64,000 nucleotides of DNA from an uncultured Gemmatimonadaceae bacterium (GTDB lineage: Bacteria; Gemmatimonadota; Gemmatimonadetes; Gemmatimonadales; GWC2-71-9). Positions 18,839-26,643 of the stretch are shown in pieces (position 1 is the first letter of the stretch; each line of letters starts with the position of its first letter). The translations under genes were made by a program, and so were the position numbers. Where the stretch lies: assembly GCA_964585655.1 (NCBI GenBank), contig CAZPER010000011.1:1174-65173 (forward strand), in the 5' to 3' direction. Below the pieces are notes generated by a model. The model did not search any database. It had not been told where the DNA came from and was given only the letters and a program-made list of their open reading frames with translations.

Positions 18839-18952
18839 ACGGCGAACGGGGCCTCCCCCGGAGCCCTCCGTCCCATTCCCCGTTCCCCGTTCCCCGTTCC
18901 CCGTTCCCCGTTCCTCGTTCCCCGTTCCCCGTTCTCCGTTCCCCCGTTCCCT
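18819..18952. repeat. heptamer tandem-repeat palindromic element (GGGGAAC arm / about 11 x CCCGTTC arm)
   Basis: Left arm aGGGGAACGGGGAACagtGAACGGcGAACGGGG (covers the last codons and stop of the oxidase). Right arm CATTCCC(CGTTCCC)n with variants CGTTCCT and CGTTCTC, 18874-18952. Confidence 0.85.
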
Positions 18953-18966
18953 GGTAGTCCCGACCC

Positions 18967-19719
18967 ATGGACATCATCCAAGCCCCCCGGATCACCCTCC
19001 TCGCCCGGCCCCAGTTCCTGGAACCCGAGCATCTCCCGGTCCAATGGAAGGGGGACAGCTCGGACGGCGAGAAGCTGGCGGAGTTCGCCGGCCGGATCTG
19101 CTACATGAGCCAGCACAATCCGGCGGGCCGGACCACGGCGGATTACCTGGAGAACATCCTGCGGCAGGGGCACGGCTCGGTGTTCGAGCACGCCGTCTAC
19201 GTCCTGCTTATCGAGGGGATCAGCCGCTCCTGCAGCCATGAACTGGTGCGCCACCGGGCGGGGTTCGGGTACTCCCAGCTCTCCCAGCGATACGTGGACG
19301 AGTCCCACGCGGCCTTTGTCATGCCCCCGGCGATCATCGGGGACGCGATGCTGGAGCGGGAGTGGACCGGCCAGGTCCAGGCGGCGCAGCAGGCCTACGT
19401 CCAGGCGGTGGACCACCTGATGGAGAAGTACAGCTGGGTGGAGGACAAGGTCCACCGGCGGAAGATGTCCCGGGAGGCGGCGCGCAGCGTCCTGCCCAAC
19501 GCCACCGAGGTGAAGATCGTGGTGAGCGGGAATATCCGGGCCTGGCGTACGATGCTCGAGCTGCGGCTGGGGGAGGGGGCGGAGCTGGAGATCCGGCGCA
19601 TGGCGATCGGCTGCCTGCGGGCCCTCAAGGCGGAGGCACCCTCGTTCTTCGCCGATTTCGAGATCTACAAGGCGGGAGACGGGACAGAGGCCGGACGGGT
19701 GGGGTATCACAAGGTCTGA
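18967..19719 (+). CDS. thyX: FAD-dependent thymidylate synthase
   Basis: ThyX signature RHRAGFGYSQLSQRY (RHRxxSxxxxSxR). About 250 aa. Confidence 0.93.
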   Translation: MDIIQAPRITLLARPQFLEPEHLPVQWKGDSSDGEKLAEFAGRICYMSQHNPAGRTTADYLENILRQGHGSVFEHAVYVLLIEGISRSCSHELVRHRAGFGYSQLSQRYVDESHAAFVMPPAIIGDAMLEREWTGQVQAAQQAYVQAVDHLMEKYSWVEDKVHRRKMSREAARSVLPNATEVKIVVSGNIRAWRTMLELRLGEGAELEIRRMAIGCLRALKAEAPSFFADFEIYKAGDGTEAGRVGYHKV

Positions 19720-19726
19720 GTGAAGC

Positions 19727-19795
19727 GAGAACGGGGAACGGAAGACGGGGGTTCGCGGCATGCGAGCCCCCGTGCTTCGTTCCCCGTTCCCCGTC
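19727..19795. repeat. heptamer-type long imperfect hairpin downstream of thyX (terminator candidate)
   Basis: GAGAACGGGGAACGGAAGACGGGGGTTCGC-ggcat-GCGAGCCCCCGTGCTTCGTTCCCCGTTCCCCGTC. Same GGGGAAC/GTTCCCC units as at 18819-18952. Confidence 0.75.
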
Positions 19796-19951
19796 GACCA
19801 AACTTCGGAAAGAAAGTGTCAAAAAAACTATTGTGTGTTTGGGAAGTGTTTCTTACTTTAGATATGTAATCTGCAAGACACCGCGTCGGCTCGCTCCAGA
19901 TGGGCGGCCTTTTTTGCGAAGAACGCGGGGACCCGACGCAGAGAGGATCGT

Positions 19952-21055
19952 TTGGCAGTTCGCATAGGACTTGCCTTCAACCTGAGACCGGAAGCACCGG
20001 CTGCCACCGCCGGGGCCAGCATCGCCTCCCCCTCCAATTCCGGTTCCTCACGCGATCTCCGCTACGACCTGCCCCAGCCTGATCTCTACGCCGAGTGGGA
20101 TGAACCGGCGACGATTGAAGCCGTCGAGCGCGCGCTCCGGCCCCTGGGCGAGGTCATCCGGCTCGAGGCGGTGGCCGACTTCCCCGCCAAGCTGGCCAAG
20201 GCGCGCCCCGATTTCGTCTTCAACATCGCCGAGGGGCTCTACGGGCCCAACCGCGAGGGGCACATCCCGGCGATCTGCGAGTTCATGGGGGTGCCCTACA
20301 GCGCCTCGGACCCGCTGACCCTCTCCCTGGCGCTGCACAAGAGCCGGGCGAAGGAGATGCTCCAGCTCCGCGGGGTGCCGACCGCTCCCTTCCTGCTGGC
20401 CCGGACCGTGGCCGACGCCCGGAACTGCACCCTCCCCTTCCCGCTCTTCGCCAAGCCGGCGTTCGAGGGGTCGGGCAAGGGCGTGAGCGTCAAGAGCCTC
20501 TGCACCACCCGGAAGGAGCTGGTGAAGCAGGTGGATTACCTGCTCTCCACCTACCGGGAGCCGGTGCTGGTGGAGACCTACCTGCCGGGAGCGGAGTTCA
20601 CGGTCGCCATCCTGGGCAACGGCAAGGACGCCCGCTGCCTCCCCATCGTGGGCATGCAGTTCAACGAGCTCCCCGAGGGCGCCCCCCCGATCTACGGCTA
20701 CGAAGCCAAGTGGATCTGGGACCGCCCCGACGACCCGCTGGAGATCTTCGAGTGCCCGGCGCGGGTGCCGGCGCGGCTCGCCACCCAGATCCGGGCCGCG
20801 GCCCTGGGCGCCTATCACGCCCTCGAATGCCGCGACTGGTGCCGGGTGGACATCCGCTGCGACGCGGACGGGACCCCGAACGTGGTCGAGCTCAACCCCC
20901 TCCCCGGGATTCTCCCCGATCCCCGGGACAACAGCTGCTTCCCCAAGGCGGCGCGCGCGGCCGGCATGAGCTACGACGAGCTCCTCCGGACCGTGGCCGA
21001 CATCGCCTGGCGGCGGATCAGCGGACGTTCACTCCTGGCAGAGGCGGCTGCGTGA
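19952..21055 (+). CDS. D-alanine--D-alanine ligase-family ATP-grasp enzyme (paralogue 1)
   Basis: TTG start after GAGAGGA. FNIAEG..G..RE, LFAKPAFEGSGKGV, VLVETYLPGAEFTVAILG and CRVDIR.D..G.PNVVELNPLPG are ATP-grasp/Ddl-like motifs. Confidence 0.82.
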   Translation: MAVRIGLAFNLRPEAPAATAGASIASPSNSGSSRDLRYDLPQPDLYAEWDEPATIEAVERALRPLGEVIRLEAVADFPAKLAKARPDFVFNIAEGLYGPNREGHIPAICEFMGVPYSASDPLTLSLALHKSRAKEMLQLRGVPTAPFLLARTVADARNCTLPFPLFAKPAFEGSGKGVSVKSLCTTRKELVKQVDYLLSTYREPVLVETYLPGAEFTVAILGNGKDARCLPIVGMQFNELPEGAPPIYGYEAKWIWDRPDDPLEIFECPARVPARLATQIRAAALGAYHALECRDWCRVDIRCDADGTPNVVELNPLPGILPDPRDNSCFPKAARAAGMSYDELLRTVADIAWRRISGRSLLAEAAA

Positions 21056-22068
21056 AGGTTGCGGTTCTGTACGATGGCGGCTGGGATGAATGGGACGCGA
21101 AGGACGTGGCGTCCGTCTGGGAGAGCGTCAAGGAAGTCCAGTCGGCCCTCCGGGGCCGGGGCTACGAGACCTGCTCCATCCCCGTCCGCGCCCCGAACGA
21201 CTTCTCCTGGCTCCCCAAGGTCCGCCGCGCCGACGCCGTCTTCAATCTCTGCGAGGGGATCGGCGGGCATTCCCGGTTCGAGGACTTCGTGGTGGCCACC
21301 CTGGAGCTGACCGGGGTGCCCTACACCGGCTGCCGCCCCTGGGCGGTGAGCGTGGCCCACCGGAAGCACGTCGCCAACACCATCCTGGCCCGGAGCGGGA
21401 CCCCGATCCCCCCTTTCGTGGTCTGCGACGGCAACAAGATCCCCGCCGACCTCACCCTGCCGGTCATCGTGAAGCCCGCCGCCGAGGATGCCAGCGTCGG
21501 GATCGACGCCGGCTCCGTGGTCACCAGCAAGCGCGCCCTCCGGAAGCGGCTGGCGGAGACGGTGGAACAGTGGGAGACGGTCCTGATCCAGGAGTACGTG
21601 GCGGGCCGCGAGTTCAATATCGGCTTCGTCGGGGACCAGGTCCTGCCCATCGCCGAGCTCTGCTTCGACAACATGCCGGAGGGGAGCTGGCCCATCCTGA
21701 CCTACGCCGCCAAGTGGGACGTGGGGAGCCCGGAGGACCTGGGCTCGGTGCCGGTCTGCCCCGCCGCGGTCACCCCCGAGCTGCAGAAGCGGATGGTCAC
21801 CGTCGCTCGGCAGGCGTGGGAGGAGTTGTGCGGCGCCGAGGGGTATGGCCGGGTGGACCTCCGGGTGGACGCCGCGGGCCAGCCGTTCGTGCTCGAGGTG
21901 AACCCCAACCCCGACATCTCCGACTCCGCCGGCCTCTCCCGGATGGCCAAGGCCTTTGGCTGGGAGTACGACGACCTGATCTGCCGCATCGTGGACGAGG
22001 CCCTCTCCCGCTCCAGCAGCCGCCAGGCAGCCGCCGCCCTGGTCGCCCCCGCGCTCCCGGCACAGTGA
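21052..22068 (+). CDS. D-alanine--D-alanine ligase-family ATP-grasp enzyme (paralogue 2)
   Basis: GTG 21052 overlaps the upstream TGA. VFNLCEG, VIVKPAAEDASVGI, VLIQEYVAGREFNIGFVG and GRVDLRVDAAGQPFVLEVNPNP. Confidence 0.82.
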   Translation: MKVAVLYDGGWDEWDAKDVASVWESVKEVQSALRGRGYETCSIPVRAPNDFSWLPKVRRADAVFNLCEGIGGHSRFEDFVVATLELTGVPYTGCRPWAVSVAHRKHVANTILARSGTPIPPFVVCDGNKIPADLTLPVIVKPAAEDASVGIDAGSVVTSKRALRKRLAETVEQWETVLIQEYVAGREFNIGFVGDQVLPIAELCFDNMPEGSWPILTYAAKWDVGSPEDLGSVPVCPAAVTPELQKRMVTVARQAWEELCGAEGYGRVDLRVDAAGQPFVLEVNPNPDISDSAGLSRMAKAFGWEYDDLICRIVDEALSRSSSRQAAAALVAPALPAQ

Positions 22069-22586
22069 CCCCCCGCGTCGGGCCTCGTCTTCGGGACCTG
22101 ACGAGCGCCGACGCGGGCCGCATCCTCGACATCACCCGCGCCACCGGCGTCTTCCGCGAGGAGGAACTGGCCATCGCGGACGAAGTCTTTCATGATGCCG
22201 TGGCGCCCACCGGGCCGTCGGGGGGGCTCGGAGCAGGGTCGGAGCTGCAGCTCCGACCCTACTACGCGTTGGGGGCGGAGGTGGGCGGCGACTTGGTCGG
22301 GTGGATCTGCTGGGGGAAGACCCCCTGCACCGAGGGGACCTGGGATCTCTACTGGCTGGCGGTCGATCCGGCGGCCTACCGGGGCGGGGTCGCCAGCGCG
22401 CTGGTCACGGAAATGGAACGACGGCTCGGCGGGGTAGCCCGGCTCATCTCGGTGGACACCTCCGGCCGCCCCGACTACGGCCCCACCCGCGCCTTCTACC
22501 TTGCCCGCGGCTATCACGAGGTGGCGCGGGTCCCCGATTTCTACGCTCCTGGAGATGACCAGGTCATCTTCACCAAGGCGCTCTGA
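22065..22586 (+). CDS. GNAT-family N-acetyltransferase
   Basis: GTG 22065 overlaps the upstream TGA. LAVDPAAYRGGVASALV (acetyl-CoA-binding Q/RxxGxG/A-like segment) and FYLARGY, typical of the GNAT fold. Confidence 0.78.
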   Translation: MTPRVGPRLRDLTSADAGRILDITRATGVFREEELAIADEVFHDAVAPTGPSGGLGAGSELQLRPYYALGAEVGGDLVGWICWGKTPCTEGTWDLYWLAVDPAAYRGGVASALVTEMERRLGGVARLISVDTSGRPDYGPTRAFYLARGYHEVARVPDFYAPGDDQVIFTKAL

Positions 22587-22596
22587 CCCGCCCGCC

Positions 22597-23961
22597 CTAC
22601 CGCAGTAGTGGCTTTCCCCCCTGCAGCACCACCTCTCCCCCCTTCATCACGAACTCCGGCGTCAGGAAGCTCCGCAGGTCGGCGAGGGCGTCCCCCCGGA
22701 TGGCCACGATGTCGGCGAACTTCCCCGGCGCCAGGCTGCCGAGCTCCCGGTCCCAGTCCATCATGCGGGCAGCCTCGATCGTAGCGGACTGAATGGCCTG
22801 CATCGGGGTCATGCCGTAGCGCACCATGTAGGGGAGCTGGGCGGCGTTGAGCCCGTGGGGAAAGACCCCGGCATCGGTGCCGTAGGCGATCCGCACCCCC
22901 AGCCCGACCGCTTTCCGGAAGGCCGTCCGCTGGGTCTCGGTGGTTTCCCGGTTCTTCCGCAGGATCTCCGCCGACCAGCCGTCCCGGGCGCCGACCGAGT
23001 CGATGTAGTCGCCGTTGAAGATGTCGGCCACCAGCCAGGTGCCCTGTTGCCGCATCAGGTCGAGGGCCTCGTCGTCCGCCAGCGACCCGTGCTCGATGCT
23101 CCGGACCCCCGCCCGCACCGCCCGCTTGATCCCCTCCGCCCCGTGGGCATGCGCCGCCACGAACGTCCCATAGTTGCCCGCCTCCAGGACCGCCGCGCGG
23201 AGCTCGTCCTCGGTGTACTCCGGGGTGCCCGGCAGGGTGCCGGGGGCCAGCACCGCTCCAGTGGCGATGATCTTGATGAAGTCCGCCCCCCCGTTGAGCA
23301 GCTCCCGCACCCGTTGCCGCACCTCGGTTGCCGAGTTGGCGACGCCGCGGCGGAAGTCGGGCGGCGGGATGACGTCCGGGGCGAGCCCGGTGACCTCGCC
23401 GCCGCCGCTCGACACGGTGACGTAGGCGGCGGCCACCTTCATCCGGGGCCCGGGCACGGTGCCGTCGTTGATCGCGTTCCGGAGGGCGGCGTCCACGTAG
23501 GCCCGATAAGTGCCGACGTCCCGCACCGTGGTGAACCCGGCGAGGAGCGTGGCCCGCGCGTGGCGCACCCCGGTGAAGGCGTTCTGTGCCGCGCTGGTGG
23601 TGAGCGGGTCGGCGCTGCTGGCGCCCTGGATCGGGTCGGCGAGGTGGGTGTGGACGTCGATCAGCCCCGGCAGCACGGTGGCGCCGGAGAGGTCAATGAC
23701 CCGGGCGCCGCGCGGGATCGGCTGGCTGCCCGGCTGCACCGCCTCGATCCGGTCGCCCCGGATCAGGATGACCTGGTTGGCGCGGACCTCGCCGCGCTCG
23801 ACATCCACCAGCCGGCCGGCGCGGATGGCGGTGAGGTCCTGGGCGGACGCGCCCACCGGCGCGAGGAGCAGGAGGCAAAGCAGCAGTCGAGCCGTCGGGG
23901 CGACCAGCCGGTCGCCCCGACGGCAGCCCCCGGAGGGGGCGAATCGGGAATCGGGGATCAT
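22597..23961 (-). CDS. secreted amidohydrolase (imidazolonepropionase/prolidase-like)
   Basis: LPGLIDVHTHL, AHAHG, GTDAGV and GKFADIVA are amidohydrolase-superfamily motifs. The ATG overlaps the upstream gene's stop (ATGA). Confidence 0.88.
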   Translation of the reverse strand: MIPDSRFAPSGGCRRGDRLVAPTARLLLCLLLLAPVGASAQDLTAIRAGRLVDVERGEVRANQVILIRGDRIEAVQPGSQPIPRGARVIDLSGATVLPGLIDVHTHLADPIQGASSADPLTTSAAQNAFTGVRHARATLLAGFTTVRDVGTYRAYVDAALRNAINDGTVPGPRMKVAAAYVTVSSGGGEVTGLAPDVIPPPDFRRGVANSATEVRQRVRELLNGGADFIKIIATGAVLAPGTLPGTPEYTEDELRAAVLEAGNYGTFVAAHAHGAEGIKRAVRAGVRSIEHGSLADDEALDLMRQQGTWLVADIFNGDYIDSVGARDGWSAEILRKNRETTETQRTAFRKAVGLGVRIAYGTDAGVFPHGLNAAQLPYMVRYGMTPMQAIQSATIEAARMMDWDRELGSLAPGKFADIVAIRGDALADLRSFLTPEFVMKGGEVVLQGGKPLLR

Positions 23962-26546
23962 CGCAGCTCCGCAAACTTGTCCCGCGCCGCCCGCAGCCGC
24001 TCCAGCACCTCACGCCTTTCCTGCGCGGTATTCCACCCCGGATGCGACTCCGCCGCCGGCACCAGCCGGTCGATCCACCGCAGGAAATACTCGGCGTCGG
24101 ACGGGCTTCGCACCGGCTTCCCGGCCACCGTCACATACACCGGACTGGTGCTGGCAAAGGGGTAGAGATCGAGGATGGGCTCCGCCGGCTGGGGGCTCCA
24201 CGCCCGGAGCACGAACCAGCCGCTGGCCGCCACCGGCACCATGATGGTGGTGTCGGCGCTGGTCCGGTCTCCGCGCAGGGGGATGGTGGCCACCACCTCC
24301 CCGCCGCCGATCACCTCGAGGTGCTCCACCGGCACGTTGGAACGGAGCATGATCTTGAGCGGCAGCCGGTGGCTTCCGGCCGGAAGCGTCACCTCGCCGC
24401 CGGGTCCGACCCCCCCGGCAGTGAACTGCAGCACCGGCCCGTTGGTCACGAAGGTCTTCCCGGCCTTGAGGGCAGCGTACCACCGGCCCCGGTCCAGCGG
24501 AATTGGGGACTCCACGTACACCCGGGTGGTGCCGAGCGGGCCGCGGAGGCTGGCGTAGTTGGTCATGGCGTCGGTGCCGGCGCCGGCCGGGACCCGGAAG
24601 CCGCAATTGAGCAGTCGGTACCAGACCTGCGAGGTGATGAGGTGGTCGCTGAAGCCCATCACCTCCAGGTAATCCACCTTGCCGAGCGCCACGTCCACCG
24701 GGAGGGCATAGGTGAAGGGCGGGGCGCTGTCGGAGAGGTTGGGCGCCTCGTCGAAGGGATGCACATATCCCAGCAGCCCCCCCTGGGCCCGCACCTGGTC
24801 CGCCACCGTGGCATTATCGGGGTAGAGGCTGGCCACCGCCGTTCCCGCGTACCCCGAGTAATCGGGCAGGAGCAGGTGCCTGGTGAGGCCGATCGCCGCG
24901 GTGTGGCCCCACCAGCTGGTGTGAAATTCCTGGTCGTGCAGGATCATCAGGTCCGGGGTGGAGACCGGATCGGGGCGGCCGGTGAAATAGCTCACGTCCG
25001 GCACCCGGTCTTCCTTGTTGACGATCAGGTTCTCCACCAGGTTAAGCCCCTCCGCCCGCGCCTGCAGGGCGAGGCTGGCCGGCGTGGCGCGGTAGTGGCC
25101 GCCGTAGTTCATGTGGACGTGGAGGTCCCCCGAGGTCCATCCGGGGAGCCGCACCAGCCGCGCCAGCCGGATGGTCCGCTCCAGGGCCGCATTGGCGACC
25201 ACCGTCACCCGCTCACGCACGACGCGGAACTCCGGACCGCGGCTCACCTCGATGCTCACCTCCCCTGCGGGGACAGTGAGAGCGCTTCGGCCAGAGGTGT
25301 GGAAATAGGTGGCCTCGAAGCGGCGCCGCGTCCGGTCAAAGGCCTCGTCGGCATGGCGCCAGGCGTCATCGGGGGCCGCGCCGCGGCCATCGGACAGGGT
25401 CACCGACACCCGTGCCGGCGTCGGCCTCCCGGTGACGGCGTCCACCACCGAGATCGTGAGCCGGCCCACCGGCTCCCGGTACACTCGGCGCCGGGCCTCG
25501 ATCTTCTGCCGGCTGCCGCCGGGGATCCCCACCACCCAGAGGGCGGTATTCCCGGCCTCGTTGCTGATGTAGGCGATGCGCCGGCCGTCCGGCGCCCAGC
25601 GCGGGCCGGTCGCATCGAAGTCGCCGTAGGTGAGCTGCAGCGGGTCGCCACCGTCCGCGGTGGTGAGCCAGAGCTGGTGCCACTGGCGGCCGAGGTAGCT
25701 GGCGTAGACCACTCGGCGGCCGTCGAGGGCCCAGTCGGGGCGCATCCGCCAGGTGGATTCCTCGTCGAGGATGGCGGTCAGGCGGTCGGACGGACAGGCG
25801 GACGGGCGGTCAGGGGAACAGACGGGCAGGCGCCAGATACCGCCGCTGCCCCAGATCTTCCCCCGGTTGCTGACCAGGATCAGCTCCTTCCCGTCCGGGG
25901 ACCAGGTGGGCGAGATGTAGTGGTCGTACTTCGAGTAGTAGTACCGCGGGAGCTTCGAGTCGACGTCCGGGGTAACCCTGACTGCCTGACCGCCCGTCCG
26001 GCCGTCCGCCGGCGCGTCCACCAGCCATACATGGAACCGTCCCTCATACGCCGTGCTCACATACGCGATCCGGCTGCCGTCGGGAGACCAGCGCGGCTCC
26101 ACGTTCACGGCGCCGTCGCTTACCAGCGGCCGGGAGACCAGCGTGGCGAGGTCGAGCAGCCGGAGCTCGACCGCATCGCTCCGGTAGGACGCGTACACCA
26201 CCCGGCTGCCGTCCGGGGAGACGTCCGGCTGGTAGTCGTAGCCGGGGCCGGTGGTGAGCTGCTCCGCGACGGAATCGCCGATCCGCTGCCGCCAGAGACT
26301 CCCCTGCATGGCGTAGATCAGCGTCTGCCCACCGGCGCCCCAGGCCACGGCCGAGGGGCCGCTGGTGACCTGCGGCAGGTACATCTCGCGGTAGTAGTAA
26401 TTGTGCGGGAGCTTGACCTGCTTGAGCACTGGTTGCCGCTGCGCGTCGACGGCGTGTGGGAGGGCGGTCGCGAAAAAGACGAAACCGCCAAGACCGCCAA
26501 GACCGCGAAGAACACAGCGCATTTGCATCACTCCTGACACCCTCAC
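23958..26546 (-). CDS. secreted TolB-like PD40 beta-propeller protein with a C-terminal PHP/CehA-like metal-hydrolase domain
   Basis: Repeated ..SPDG..IAY/VVY.S PD40 motifs in the N-terminal 350 aa, then GDLHVHMNYGGHY plus downstream His/Asp clusters. The start may be M7 or M9 (26528/26522). Confidence 0.75.
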   Translation of the reverse strand: MRVSGVMQMRCVLRGLGGLGGFVFFATALPHAVDAQRQPVLKQVKLPHNYYYREMYLPQVTSGPSAVAWGAGGQTLIYAMQGSLWRQRIGDSVAEQLTTGPGYDYQPDVSPDGSRVVYASYRSDAVELRLLDLATLVSRPLVSDGAVNVEPRWSPDGSRIAYVSTAYEGRFHVWLVDAPADGRTGGQAVRVTPDVDSKLPRYYYSKYDHYISPTWSPDGKELILVSNRGKIWGSGGIWRLPVCSPDRPSACPSDRLTAILDEESTWRMRPDWALDGRRVVYASYLGRQWHQLWLTTADGGDPLQLTYGDFDATGPRWAPDGRRIAYISNEAGNTALWVVGIPGGSRQKIEARRRVYREPVGRLTISVVDAVTGRPTPARVSVTLSDGRGAAPDDAWRHADEAFDRTRRRFEATYFHTSGRSALTVPAGEVSIEVSRGPEFRVVRERVTVVANAALERTIRLARLVRLPGWTSGDLHVHMNYGGHYRATPASLALQARAEGLNLVENLIVNKEDRVPDVSYFTGRPDPVSTPDLMILHDQEFHTSWWGHTAAIGLTRHLLLPDYSGYAGTAVASLYPDNATVADQVRAQGGLLGYVHPFDEAPNLSDSAPPFTYALPVDVALGKVDYLEVMGFSDHLITSQVWYRLLNCGFRVPAGAGTDAMTNYASLRGPLGTTRVYVESPIPLDRGRWYAALKAGKTFVTNGPVLQFTAGGVGPGGEVTLPAGSHRLPLKIMLRSNVPVEHLEVIGGGEVVATIPLRGDRTSADTTIMVPVAASGWFVLRAWSPQPAEPILDLYPFASTSPVYVTVAGKPVRSPSDAEYFLRWIDRLVPAAESHPGWNTAQERREVLERLRAARDKFAELR

Positions 26547-26584
26547 AAGTTATCCCCTTGGCGGCCTTCGCGGTCTTGGCGGTT
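26478..26584. repeat. nonamer (GCCAAGACC-type) repeats arranged as inverted arms around the start of the PD40 gene
   Basis: Left arm GACGAAACCGCCAAGACCGCCAAGACCGCGAAGAAC (26478-26513, inside the signal-peptide codons). Right arm CTTGGCGGCCTTCGCGGTCTTGGCGGTT (26557-26584, in the 5' leader). Confidence 0.8.
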
Positions 26585-26643
26585 GAATGCCGCTGCCACC
26601 AATCCCCGCTTGCGCCCCGGATTCTCTCCGGCAACTTTTCACG

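Noticed and set aside
18874-18952. Tandem repeats considered as a possible CRISPR array (also at 55373-55452)
   Set aside because: The units are 7-8 bp and contiguous, with no spacers. CRISPR repeats are about 24-48 bp separated by unique spacers. No cas genes are present in the window.
19797-19951. AT-rich island considered as a tRNA, tmRNA or known sRNA gene
   Set aside because: No cloverleaf, acceptor/T-arm pairing or known conserved motif could be drawn. The stem preceding the T-run is only about 4 bp. It is kept as a finding but not called as an RNA gene.
24042-26537. 831-aa plus-strand ORF covering almost the entire PD40/PHP hydrolase gene
   Set aside because: It is an antisense shadow ORF of the kind typical of high-GC DNA. 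Its composition is Arg/Gly/Pro/Ala-dominated with no recognisable motif, whereas the minus-strand frame has clear PD40 and PHP motifs and a signal peptide.
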